In this document: piece after piece, positions 40,842 through 54,461 of the stretch
How the letters are laid out: every line of letters begins with the position of its first letter
Numbering within the stretch: position 1 is the stretch's first letter
Assembly: GCF_006345805.1 (NCBI RefSeq)
Contig: NC_042997.1
Span: 17,546,001-17,610,000 of the forward strand
Source: Octopus sinensis
Taxonomy: Eukaryota
Reading direction: 5' to 3'
Length of the DNA stretch: 64,000 nucleotides
The notes under the pieces: generated by a model
Databases searched by the model: none
The model's input: only the letters and a program-made list of their open reading frames with translations
Told to the model about the DNA's origin: nothing
Translations under genes and position numbers: made by a program

Positions 40842-41073
40842 TTAAACTTTTTTTGATACCAACCTGCCTGAAACCACTCTTGGTTCTATTTTACAAACTT
40901 ACTGTTTTAAAATGATCTAAATGAAAGCCTATCATCAAAATTTCATAGCAATTTATATTTCAAGCACTAGATTAATAATGACAAAGTCAGTTTACTAAAT
41001 ATTTCATTATTTTCAAAATTAATTGAAATAAAGGCAGTGTACTTCAACAAAGATATAGTAACAAAAAGGTTAA
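40842..41073. mobile_element. piggyBac-type MITE
   Basis: ttaa...ttttgatacc left end and agtaacaaaaaggttaa right end. Confidence 0.5.
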
Positions 41074-41099
41074 CCTCTTCTCATTTTCAAAATCCCATC

Positions 41100-41540
41100 T
41101 TGAGCTATGGCCCAGTTAAGAGTACCCCTGATGCACTGGATGATATGATACACCTGAGAAGACCTATTGAGTCAAGTAAAACCAATATTGTAGCGGTGGC
41201 CAGTGGCCCCTAACTGGATCCCATGCTGGTGGCATGTAAAATGCACCATCCAAACGTGGCTGATGCCAGTACTCCCTGACTGGCCCCAGTGCCAGTGGCA
41301 TGTAAAAAGCACTAGCTGAACGTGATCGATGACAAGCCTGCCTGAGTGGCTCCTGTGCCGGTGGCATGTAAAAAGCACCCACTACACTTTCGGAGTGGTT
41401 GGTGTTAAGAAGGACATCCAGCTGTAGAAACATTGCCACATCAGATTGGAGCCAGGTGCAGCTGCTAGCTCTCCAGACCTCAGTGAAACCGTTCAACCCA
41501 TGCCAGCATGGAAAATGGACGTTGAACAATGGTGATGAGG
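41100..41540 (+). mobile_element. RTE 3'UTR fragment
   Basis: Homologous to about 40240-40743; three ggtggcatgtaaaa modules and tail. Confidence 0.85.
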
Positions 41541-44500
41541 ATTGGCCATTGGTTAGAAATAAATGAATACCATGCTTGAATTATGGGGAGAATTTACTGA
41601 TCACAGCAAATTTTGAAGATATTAGGCCACTTTCTGACCTTCAGCATGTCAAATAAATTTATCATTCCTTCTTTTCTCAGGTGTGCTCTCCACAGAAATA
41701 GGGGTGACATTAAGTCATTATCATTATCATCATCATCCTTTTAACATGCACTTTTCCATGCTTACATGGTGTTGGGTGGAAGTCATTGAGGTAGTCACTT
41801 AGTCAGAAACTACAAGCTTCAAACTTTGTGTCAAGAGAATCAGCAACTTGCATTGTCTTTTTATTTTTTTACCTATATGAATATCATTTAAATGTGACTG
41901 TAAATTTTAGCATTAATATGCATTGTTAGAAATGTAATTTTACAACTGGTAAATTCTCTTAAAGGTAAACTCGTACCTTTTCTATTTGAAACATCAGAAT
42001 TATTGTCCCCTCATGCTTCACTAACATTACTCAATTTTCAACTTTATTGAACAGATATTTATTGTTCTCTAGCAGTAAACATCAGTTCAAATGAAACAGA
42101 ATCTTCAAATTTTAGTGCTAAGCCAACAATGGGTCTTCACCATAGCTGATGATCTAGAAATTGCAACCAAATCACTCTCAAATCACAGCCTGGTTTCTCA
42201 AAAGAAACATACTCTGGATATTGCAATCTTAGATACAGTACAGCAGAGTAAAAATGGAACTGCCACAGTTTCAATGCTATTAAGCATAGGTCTATTTAAT
42301 CAGGATTGATCTGAGCTTAAACAAGATCAGATTTTTCAGCTACATTGGCTACTAATAATTGTGAAAATTCTTTGATCACAGTAAATGTTGAACTCATTAT
42401 TTTTAATCAATAGATCTTTGTTTTAATCTGAAAGTCTATAGCTTTATTACAACTGTTGGACATATAACATTCAAATACATTATATGGAAAAATACTTTTT
42501 TACCTTTTCTTAAAAAGCATATCTGATATTGGATACAACTTTCTATGATTCTATTATTATAGTAAATTATAAATTGAAATTTTCTACTGTACTGGTGCTC
42601 TTTCTAGTTGTAGCTTTTTTCCTTATGTAACTAACATACGTGGGAAATTGTATGTATATTACAAATTCTTATTTCTTCTGTTACCCAAATATTAGCTTTC
42701 AATCTCAAATAATGTACATGGGAGTAATTACCTGTTGTTTTTGTTGTCTAATTTCATATCAACTCTAATCAAGCAGATCCCTGTAATCAAAAGTGCTTTT
42801 CTTTTCATATAATGTATTGAGTGCTACAATATCAAATATACCTTTCTATTTAAAAGTATCAGAGCATGATTTGAGAGAAATTTGGCTTCTATCAAGTAAT
42901 TAACATTGATTCTCTCTTTAGCTTACTTATTCTTCACAATAAATTTAAAACCTAATATTTAAAGGATAAAAGAAAAAGAAAAAAGAGAAATGTGATACAC
43001 ATGCTTAAGTGCTTAAGTTGCATAAGCTAAGGAAATTAGATACAACCTAGAAAATCAACACACTAGAAAACTGAAGTTTCTAATTTACTATAATGATTAA
43101 AATAACATTCAATGGAGATTAATTAGATTAATAATTAGATTCAGAATAGTAAATTAGCAGTGACAGAGCTTTCTTGATTTATGAGAAAAGATTATGGTAT
43201 AAATATAAAAATAAATAACAAAGTGCATACAATTGTGTATGTATTCTAATAAGAGCAGCTCTGACTTTACCAAAATGTGAAAATTTATCATAATTGAATT
43301 CAAGATAGGAAATATGTTCCAGTGAGGCATTAGTTTGAACATGAAAAAATACCTGTTCAGCACTGAAATTGGGTTGTGCTATGATGCTAAAATGAATGTG
43401 TATGTAGTGGTGGCAGTGGAAATGATGATGATGGTGGTGGTTAATAAAAATTGAAAGAGGCCAGTAGAGAGTTAGAGGTATGTGAAATTATCTTTTATAG
43501 TTGTGACGCCTCCTGCAACTGTAACATTTATATATTTTCTGTAATAAAAGTACTGTTTTTATATCCTTTCTGTCATAAATATGATATAGTTGGTGCAGAA
43601 AGATAAATTATATTTTTATGTTGCAACATATAAAAGTGTGCTATTTTTATGTGTTACAACAACAACAAGAATAATAATTGTCACTATCACAAGGAGATGA
43701 AACAATTTGTGATAGGTATGCAGTTAAATCTCTCTTTACTGGCATGATAACTTGTAAATTCTTTGCAACATGTCTTTAAAAAATTCATATCTATTTGTTT
43801 GGGTGTATCTTGCTATAGTTCTGTCACAACGTCTTAGGGCTAGTATATTGAAGTGGTTTCTAACACATTGCCTTTATAACATTCCATGCCTCCAGATTGG
43901 CACAGATATTGTAATGCACATTAGATTCCCAACAGTATTAATAATATAGTTAAAAGAAAAATAACAATGATGATAATTTCTTTTATTAGCCACAGGAGCA
44001 AGTACAGTGTGGAAGTGTCTTTTTAATTCTCCCTAAGAAACACTTGAAGCATTGCCAAAAGAAATTTTTATTGCCTTTTTAAAATTTTATTTAAACACAT
44101 TACATTTCCACATCCAAAATTAAACGACGGTGATGATGATGATGAAAGTTGGTACCATACATAATTATTTCACACAACAAAAACAATGGCTAAAAAAAAT
44201 TTAAATTAGGACAACAAAATATTCCAAATATACAAATAAGTGATTTGGAATACAGTGACAGTAGCATCAACAACTACAGTAGATGATTCCAAATACTGTA
44301 GCCTGTTCATATAGCAATTGTGTGAAGACAAATCTTTGTTCACCATTACATGAACACGAAGAATGAACTTATGGTTACAAAATAAAAGGTGGAGAATTTT
44401 ATAGATCCCAACTGTATTTCTTTGCCACAGGAGACAATGCAGGAGAGGGCAAATAGAAATATTATACATCTTTGTTTACATGCTTTCAAAATGGCACACA

Positions 44501-44689
44501 CATTAAGATGAAATCTCCCTTCATGTCAAATTGTACAACTGGCTCACCAAGACATAGTGGGGGAAATTATCACAAATGAAAATGACAAACGGTATGATAC
44601 CATTTGCTGTGCTTTAAAACAAGTAATGTAGCCAAAACACAGGATGAAATTGTCAACATACCTCTGACTATACAGAGTTTCTGGATCAA

Positions 44690-45302
44690 AGGGAAGAACC
44701 ATATACTCATCCTGGATTAGGAAGCATTCAAGAAAGCTAGCTGGATCTACCTCAGAGAATGTGATTTGTGATCAGCTTGGTGAATTTTTGATCAGGCATC
44801 AGATGTGGCCACTGAACAGAAACCTTCATCATGCTAAATTCATTGTGCATAATATACTCAGCTCTCTCATGACATATGCTAACAGCATTGGCTGTTTGAT
44901 TTATACCTGTCATCCATTGCCATGTGATGAACACAGTTAATGTTTTCCTTGGTGGTAGCAATTGCTGGATGTTCAGATCTTGGTTCATCTTTATGACTCT
45001 CCTTTACCCTCTTAAATTCAGCTGCCCACTTTTGCACTGTTGATTAAGCTAGAGTGTTAAGATTGTAGCAACCATATTAGCATGAATATCCTTGGGGCAT
45101 AAACTCTTTTCCTGCAGCTATTTGATAACACCATCATACCAAATTTTGTCCATTTACAAAAGAAGCTGTTACTAATTAGGTTTTGAAGTCATTTTGAAAC
45201 AGTGAGATATCAGTTTACCTGGATAGAAACAATGCAGTTAATAAGATTTTAAATTAATGCATACAGGATTTCACACCTCTAGCATCACTCCTTCATAGTC
45301 AA
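44690..45302 (-). mobile_element. mariner fragment, same family as 24176-25396
   Basis: INQTANAVSICHERAEYIMHNEFSMMKVSVQWPHLMPDQK; the 5' leader is the reverse complement of 24205-24360. Confidence 0.85.
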
Positions 45303-47994
45303 CTGGCTAGTAGTGATTTTTGGTAACAACTAGTCACTTCTCCTCTAAATTTCTGGTCTTGTGCCTACACCAGAAATTAAGAAGGGCAAACTGCTAGAAT
45401 TGTTAGAGTATTGAAAGACATGCTTTGCTCTTTACATTGGGAATTCGAATTCCACTGAGATGAACTTTGCCTTGCATCTCTCAAGGGTTGATAAAAAAAA
45501 AGTACCAATCAAGTACAGTTTTACAAAATTCTTAGCCTTGTGCCTATTTCAGAAACTATTATTACTATTGTTACACTCCTCCTCCTCCTCCCTATCAGGC
45601 ATTGGTTGGGCTGGGGCTGTAGAAGACACTAGCCCAAGGTGTTGCTCAGTTGGAGCAAATATAAAATCACATGATTGTAAAGGGAACTTCTTAACTACAC
45701 TTACATCTATATGTCTATGAAGTGTATTCCTTCAATAAGTGTAATACTACATGACAATATAAGTATGGTTAGTGAATGCAAAGAAACAAGCAGAGTACTG
45801 TCATTAAACTTGACATAAAATGTTAATTAAAGGAAAAGTTGAATGAAAAAGATTTGAGAATATTGGCTTTTTACTAAAGGTATTGGCTGATTAATATATG
45901 AAGAAGATATAATTGCAATGGTATAGATTAGCCATCAAATAGATGATGGATGATTAGTTAATGAAAAGTACTTGTAATGAAGCAAGCTCAAGAAAAAGTT
46001 TGGACGAAGTAGTTATGCCAGCCCTATGAACATTGGACACCATAGATAAGTTAATGCAGTGCCATGATATGCATAAAGTGGCCATATTACAGACTTGCTA
46101 GTACATGTCAGTAAAAAAAAAAGACATTTAATTGATGAGGATGATAACCATGTGAATGGCAATGAACTATGAACTGAAAGGGTTAGATTTACAGAGGGTA
46201 GAAAAATTAACTTTGTATCAATTTTCTCATCCGTTAGCTTCAATCAGGAGTGAAATATTTAAATCAAAGAATGAGCTTCTCAAATCAGCATAAGTTTCTA
46301 TGTTAATCACTTCACCAATTCAGACTTCACTCAACAAATTCTCTTTAAAATAGGGACCACATGTTATATTCACAAATTTGAAAATAGTATGCCACACAAT
46401 AAATTTAAAAAGGTTGTAGTTAGAATGCTTAGAAAATGGTAACATACCTGACACAACTATATTGTCAGATCTCAAGTGAAAGATCTATAATATATAGATT
46501 AGTTTTAGTAATATCATCTGTTAATTTGATGTATCAAGTGTCTGTTTTGGCAGACCTGACCAGATATATATTGAACAACCACAAATCATCTATGTTAGAT
46601 GAGACATAAAAGAAGTATATTAACAATAATAATATACCAATAGTCATTGATTAACATATCACCATCAGAAACTTTGTATATCTGTGAAGATTATATCATT
46701 AACTGAAAAATAGTGTTTCAAAGCTATGACAGAAAATGTATTATTTAGACAAGTGACTAAGCTATAAAATATTTTGAGCCAAAATTTCAAACTTATATAA
46801 CTTTTCTGAATAGAATTCCACTGAAATTAATGTATGACAAATATATCCTTATATACAAGATTGACTAAAACATACTTGTCCACAAAATGCTGGCATACTA
46901 ATGGATAACTCAACATTTTTAGAGATTCAAAAGTTTGTTATTAAATTAAAATTAGTTGGAAATAATGGTTTCTTTAAAAAGAAACATGTTAAAACAATAA
47001 AAGAAACAAAAACTGAAAATTTATAGATAAAAAATAAAACAAAGAAAAATTATGAACTTCATTTTAAAAGAAAATACTATTCATTTTGTTTCTCAAAATC
47101 AGTAATGGTCTGTGGAAATTGAAATTGGAATTTGGAAGCATCTTGCAGTATTCCTGAAACATAGAATACTGCTATTGTTAAAAGCCACACATATTGGCTT
47201 GTTTTAGTTCCACTTTACCAAGCTGTTTTTGAAATATTCTCTTTCTTTTATACAAAGCTTTCAAGACTAAGTTAGCACCAACAATTCCTAAAAGTCTGAA
47301 CTGGCCAATCTGCGCTCAGAAAACAGTGAGCTATTATGCTGGAGAGGGAAAAATTGTGAGGGTTAATTGTCTTTACAATGACACTTGTGGTGACTCTTAA
47401 TAGAAATGTGAGTGCTAGTGAGTCATATATGGATCAAACCTTCTCACAACAGCAGTAGTGGAGATCAGAATGGAGGTGGGAGATGTGCTGGTGCATGCAT
47501 TTATAATGTGACAAATATCGATAAAAAAAAAAAATAATGTCCTCCTCTGCTACCTTCATTCATGCCACCACCATTAATACCTACACCACTACCAGTACCA
47601 TTACTACTGCCACTCAATCACCACAACCCATAGTGCATCTACTGCTGCTGTTAGCAATAGCAACAACAAAAATCTAAGCAGGAATTTGTAAGTGAACACA
47701 CTGAGATAAGCTAGATAATAATGTTAGGTTGTAGCTTTCTAGAAGATTATAAAGTGGAAAAAATTCCAAGTGTTTTCTCTATATTTTCCTTCGTTTTATA
47801 AACTTAAAATTTTCTTCTACTTCCCCACTCCTTGTTATTTGTTGAATAGGTGTTCGTTCAAATTTGCATATTTACATTACAAATTATTGCCGTAAATATT
47901 TGGAATAGTTTTAAATTTAAATGGATACTTGAACTATTTCATATTAAGCCATCTCTATTTTACCATATTTTAATCTTTCATGCATTTTCACCCT

Positions 47995-48017
47995 CCAAAT
48001 ACACACACACATATGTA

Positions 48018-48059
<42 letters not shown>

Positions 48060-48094
48060 CATATATATATATATACATACACACATATATATAT

Positions 48095-48125
<31 letters not shown>

Positions 48126-48477
48126 CACATACATATATATATACACATACATACATATATATATATACACATACATACATATATATATATATACACATAC
48201 ATACATATATATATATACACACATACATACATATATATATACACATACATACATATATATATATATATATACACATACATATATATATATACACATACAT
48301 ACATATATATACACATACATACATATATATATATACACATACATACATATATATATATACATATATACATACACACACACACAAATACATACATACATAC
48401 ATACATACATACATACATACATACATACATACATACATACATACATACATACATACATACATACATACATACATACA
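47995..48477. repeat. TA/TACA minisatellite ending in a pure (TACA)n run
   Basis: Units like tacacatacatacatatatata; pure TACA run from about 48386 to 48477. Confidence 0.95.
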
Positions 48478-48904
48478 CCAAACGTTGACATAAATAAGAT
48501 TTTTAGCATATTACAATAAAACTAAGAGCAAAACATATTTGTAGACAAACTAATAAATAATTGATAATTCATTAAGGAAATACGTTTTTCTCTAATTTGA
48601 ATTTCTTATGAATTTTCCTTTACCGACTTTTGGATAACTGAAATTGTGGAGAAATAACACAGTTATTTCTTTCCCCACCAGGCTAAAATACATATTTATA
48701 CATTTATACTTCAATTATTAGCAGTGTGTATTTTAAATAACTAATAAATATGTGAACATATATGTGTATAGTATATTACAGCATTATTTTTTCAGTAATT
48801 AATGTAAATGCAATTAAAAATAAACTCATTACAACATTTAGAAATGCAGTTATATGCAATTAGGAATACACTTTTTAACACAGAGTCTGTATGTGTGTGT
48901 GTGT

Positions 48905-49640
48905 GTGTGAGTATCTTTTATCTTTTACTTCTTTCAGTCATTAAACTGTGGCCATGTTGGGGCACCACCTTGAAGAACTTTTTGTTGAATGTAACAACCT
49001 CAGTATTTCTTTTAAAGTCTAGAACTTATTCTATCAGTCTCATTATGCCGAACTGCTAATTTATGGGGTATGTAAACACACTAGTACTGGGTTGTCAAGA
49101 AGTGGTGGGGAACAAACACAGACACAAAAAGATAAACACACTTGACAGGAGCTGGCTACGGAGAAGTCTGCACCAGGCTTCAGTGTCTAAAAACCATATC
49201 AAAATAGAACTGAAGCCTGGTGTAGTCTTATGCCTGGCCAGCTCCTATCAAATTGTGCAACCTGGATGTTAACTGATGATAATGATGATATATTCGATGG
49301 GCTTCTTTCAGTTTTCCATCCACCAAATCCACTCACAAGGCTTTGGTCACCTCAAGGCTATAGCAGAAGACACTTCTGCAAGGTGCCACACAGTGGGACT
49401 GAACTAAGAACCATGTGGTTGGGAAGTAAGCTTCTTACCACACAGTCACCTATATATATATATTTTGGTGAAGACATGGCTGTGTGGTGAGATATTTGCT
49501 TCTCAACCACAAGGTCTGGATTCAGTCCCACTTCATGGCACTTTGGGCAAGTGTCTTCTACTATATCCCTGATCTGACAAAAGCTTTGTGAGTGAATTTT
49601 GTAAACAGAAACTAAAGGAAACCCATCATATGTGTGTGTT
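48905..49640. mobile_element. SINE cluster (minus tail, RTE tail, head-to-head SINE heads)
   Basis: SINE tail 48905-49140 (-), RTE tail to 49290 (+), heads 49295-49450 (-) and 49476-49631 (+). Confidence 0.8.
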
Positions 49641-50429
49641 TGTGTGTGTATGTGTGAGTGTGCATGCACACATGTGTTTGGATGTCATGTGATAGTTTTG
49701 TAAATGAGTGTCACTATCAAGCAAGCATTGTCCTTATTTCCAGTCTTCCTCGAAACCATACCTGAAAAAACAGGTGAAGGTTGGTGACAAAAAGAGAATC
49801 AAGCTGTAGGAAATGTACCTCAATAAATTCCAATCCAGGCAGATGCATAATATATATAAATAAGAATAAGAATGATGAAAACAATATAATAATAATGATT
49901 AAGTAACGAAAAAAAAAGATGCTGGAGAAGAACAATGCAAATAATTCTAACAATAATACAATATTAATACTAGCAACAATAAAAGTGTGATCTTAGTGGT
50001 ACAAGTGAGAAATGCCATTTGAACCACTAAGATTACTCTTATTGGTGCTAGCATTATTACTTTTAGGGGCATTTTGTTCTTTTTCCTTCTTTATTTTCTT
50101 CAAATTATTGCCTTGTTTTAATGTTTCCATTCATCATTTATATTTTTATTTTATACTTATATTGTCATGTTTCCTCTCTATATAAGCAACATAAAATACA
50201 TTTTCATAGCACAATGTATTATAAGAATGCATGTTCTGATGCTAGTCTGGTGAAATAACACTCCATTATAACCAGTCACACATGTTGTGTTACTTTTCAC
50301 ATGGAATCATTCATGTGCAATGGCACTGATAGTGGAGTGATACCAAAACAATTGCAACTACTAATAAAGATGTGCCTAATTTATTCTTTATCTTCTTAGT
50401 TGCAGCAGCAGTGGCAGTGGTGGAAGCAT

Positions 50430-51110
50430 CATTGTCATTGTCATCATCATCGTTTAACATCCACTTTTCATACTGGTATCACTTGGATGGGTTGATAAGA
50501 CCTGATGAGCTGCAAAACTTGTAGGGCTCCAATGTCGATTTTGGCATAGTTTCTATGGCTAGATACCCTTTCTATATCCAACCACTTTATAGAGTGTACT
50601 GGGTTTTTCCAAAACCAGCACTGGTGAGGTTGCCAAATAAATTGCAAGTCAAAAAAAGGAAAAAAAAAAAACAAGAAAGAAAAGAGACGAAAAAGCTCCC
50701 TTGACTGAGTGAGATGGTATTTGAAACGTGGAGTGGCTTTATGCCGGGTGTTGAAGGCTAAAGTATGATAGAGGTACAAGCACAGGTGTCTTGCTATACA
50801 AGAGATACGTGGTTATCCTGCCTTATATGTAAGTGGGTGAGAGTAACAAGAAAGAAGATAATGATGGGGAGTCAAAGCATACTTTCAAGGTACAAGAAGG
50901 CGATAATAAGGGAGAATATAGACAATGGATTTAGTGAGAAGTGAAGGGTGGGTTATTTCATAAGAGTGTGAAAGGGGAGCAACAAATGGTCAGAGAAGGG
51001 GCTAATTGTGGATGTAGTCAAGAATAAACAAGTAAGATAGTTTGGTTGATAGTAGAGAGAGAGAAGTGGCTCAGGAAGGAGGAGGTGGCAAACACTGGCA
51101 TAGGAGTTGG
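50430..51110 (-). mobile_element. RTE 3'UTR element with long pyrimidine-rich UTR
   Basis: catcatcatcgtttaacatcc tail; body homologous to about 13600-14440. Confidence 0.7.
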
Positions 51111-51394
51111 GGTATCATAAATCTGTAGACCGATGTATGATGCCAAGCATGCTTATTAATGCAAACATGTAAGCATAATTTCTTTATGTAAGTATAACTT
51201 CTTCATGTAAGCATAATTAATACTACATGAAGAAGATTGCAAAATAGCTGTAATCCTAAGGATGCTATGTGGTTAACTAAATATATACTTTTCATACATC
51301 CTGACTTTTATGGTTTATATACACACATCTATATATACACAGACATATATTCATACATAGACATATGTATATATACACACACATAGAGAGCTGA

Positions 51395-52075
51395 GAAATC
51401 CGAGTAAGAGCCATCTGGTAGAAGTTCAAGAAACTATTATTTCTGATAGCAACAAAGGGTTTCTCCATAAAGGCAGTAGATGATGACCAAGAGTGAAGTG
51501 CACAACTACATGTAATGAGACATGAGTTTTGAATGCAAGGGATCTACTAACATTAGAATGAATTAAATCAAGCATGCCCTAATGGATGTGTAACACTAGT
51601 GTGCATGAATGACAGAGCACAAATGACATGAGATGAACACTGAACATCTGAGAAATCATGTGTAGTGTGCAAGAGAGAATGTCCAGTCCTTGTTTTGGTA
51701 TGGTAGATTGTTTACTTTAATCACCCTGAGAACTATGCTGGCAAAGTGCAAGTTCCTGGTAGGGCTTCCCATGCTGGACAGATCAAAGGATAGAGGCCAG
51801 ACTAATATGGAACGCTTCTTCCTAGAAAAAAGACGAGTGGCACCAACACCAAAAAACAGTTACAGAAGCATTGATGACAATTCAAAACCAACAAGACCTT
51901 GAAAAGGAGAGCTTTCCCTTAGGAAAATATGATGTGGTGCAGCAAACTTCAAAAGGAAGCTGCAAAGCCACAGCTGATAAAGCAGGGTTCCAACTGAAGA
52001 GAAGCAGGAAAGAAATCTGGAGTTGAGAACAGTGGAGAAAGGTTGTTGATGGCCTATGCTCCATAGGGCTTTACT
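51395..52075 (+). mobile_element. Decayed RTE RT remnant followed by an internally deleted RTE-derived element
   Basis: IRVRAIW*KFKKLLFLIATKG...WMCNTSVHE; then an RTE-like leader (tcccatgctggacag...gaggccagactaa) and C-terminal WRKVVDGLCSIG. Confidence 0.5.
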
Positions 52076-52127
52076 CGTCAAGTTGTGCAAAAAAGAACAC
52101 TGTATTGATATAGGCAGGTGATGCATA

Positions 52128-52346
52128 TACTCTCTTTTACTCTCTTTTACTAGTTTCAGTTATTTGACTGTGGCCATGCTGGAGCACCGCCTTTAGTCGA
52201 GCACATTGACCCCAGGACTTATTCTTTGTAAGCCTAGTACTTATTCTATCGGTCTCTTTTTGCTGAACCGCTAAGTTACGGGGACGTAAACACACCAGCA
52301 TCAGTTGTCAAGCGATGTTGAGGGAATAAACACAGACACATAAACT

Positions 52347-52378
<32 letters not shown>

Positions 52379-52545
52379 CACACATATACGATGGGCTTTC
52401 AATTTCCGTCTATCAAATCCACTCACAAGGCTTTGGTCAGCCTGAGGCTATAGTAGAATGACACTTGCCCAAGGTGCCACGCAGTGGGACTGAACCCGGA
52501 ACCATGTGGTTCGTAAGCAAGCTACTTACTACACAGCCACTCCTG
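52128..52545 (-). mobile_element. Full-length tRNA-derived SINE
   Basis: Minus strand: A-box-like tggctgtgtagt, B-box ggttcagtccc, central (TG/TA) tract, tail gaaactagtaaaagagagtaaaagag. Confidence 0.9.
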
Positions 52546-54417
52546 GAGACATTTAGAAGAATTAAAATGTGCCATACAATGAAAGTTAATGGAACCTGAA
52601 GGAGACCAAGGGACATTTGAGATGAAGTGATGAAGACAAATCCAAAGCTGTTACACCTTAGGGAGATAATGAAAAATAAAACATTTAGGTGAATAATACC
52701 CTTGAATACGTGCTGACATGAGTTGTGACAATCCATGTTACCTTAGAAAGCAGACATAAAATAATGATACAAATATAAATCATCAATATAAGCATGTTAA
52801 TGTCCACTTGCATAATGTCTATGCTTGCATAATCAGAAATTGTTGCAGTAGAATTTCTATGTCCAGGTACTATTAGTTAACAATGATTAAATGTTGGGTA
52901 CATTTGTGTATTATTGTACTGATACAGATATAAACTGTGTGAATATGAACATCTGGTGTTCCAATATTATTATGCAATCAACCCTGTAATGATTACTACA
53001 TAACATTAGTATTTACTAGTAAAACACAGGTAAAGAACATGTAATTTATGATGTAGTTTTAAAAAAAGAACTGAAGCTTATTAACTAATTCTCAAAAGAT
53101 TTAATCATGGAGATTTTATTAAGTAGTGATATAAATTTATTGATGGGGTTATACTTACATACATGTGTGAGTGTGTGTGTAAGCATATATATTTACAAGT
53201 TGGTTTGAAATATATTCAGATTACATATATCAGTATACAGGGTGTACTGAGCCTCTGAGAAGAAAACAATATACACCAAGATACCTAACAAAACAAGAAA
53301 CAGCATAGCATCATCATCATTTTAGCATTCACTTCTCCATGCTCATAAGGGTTAGACAGAATTTATTAAGGCAAATTTTCTGCATACTATGATGAGTCGA
53401 CCCAGGCTCATGCTTCCTATCACATCTGCTACAAAACCTTGAAATGAGTATGATATCATTGGGCTGTCAGTTGGTACCAGAATGATGACCATTCTGTAGC
53501 TATTCAGGGGTGTCAATTCAAGAGAGGTAGGAAGCTGCACAATGTTAGAAGATCATATAATCACATAGTTCCTCTTCATTTTGCCATACATGTACTGCTT
53601 TCACTTTATTACATAAGGATTTTACTTGTTCTCATCAACCATGTTTGGAACTGAGGATATCAGTTTAAAGTGACTTCACCACTTTGAGCTCCTTGGCAAT
53701 GATGTATAATGATCTGCTAAAGTTGTCATTGATAATGTTCTGGATCCACTAAACAAACTTGATTTTCACAGAATATATGATTGTAAAAGGTTTCTTTCTC
53801 CTGGCTAAAAATGACACATTCCTGCCAAAAACCTCCACCTCTTTTCCAACCTAGAACACAAAGGACACTGCAAATTTGCTGCCTTAAGATATTGAGAAAA
53901 TTTATTTTGCTACAAAAAATATAATTTCATCTCTGCTCATTCAATTTATAATTAAAGTTGTAACTCAAATTTGAAAAGGGTATAAAAAAAGTACTGGCAA
54001 TGTTGTCATAGGGAAATAAACTGTAAACTGAAAGGAAAAAAAAAAACTGAAAAAGACCATATGATGAAAAACACCATGAACCTGATTAATTGTAATATTA
54101 ATATTATAAATAATGATAAAAACACAATGCACAAAATATACGCAGGCATGTACACACACACACACACATATATAATATATACATATATATTTTATATATA
54201 TGTATGCATATATTCTTTTATTCTATTTGTTTCAGTAATTTTATAGTGGCCATGATGGAGCAACACCTTTACTTGAACAAATCAACCCCAGGACTTATTC
54301 ATTGTATACCTAGTACTTATTCTACCGGACACTTTTGCTGAACTGCTAAGTTACGGGTACGTAAACACACCAAACTCAGTCATATGTATATATATACATA
54401 TATTCATACATATATAA

Positions 54418-54454
<37 letters not shown>

Positions 54455-54461
54455 CATACAT

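Noticed and set aside
52480-52545. tRNA gene at SINE heads
   Set aside because: A/B boxes run into SINE body and no full cloverleaf forms.
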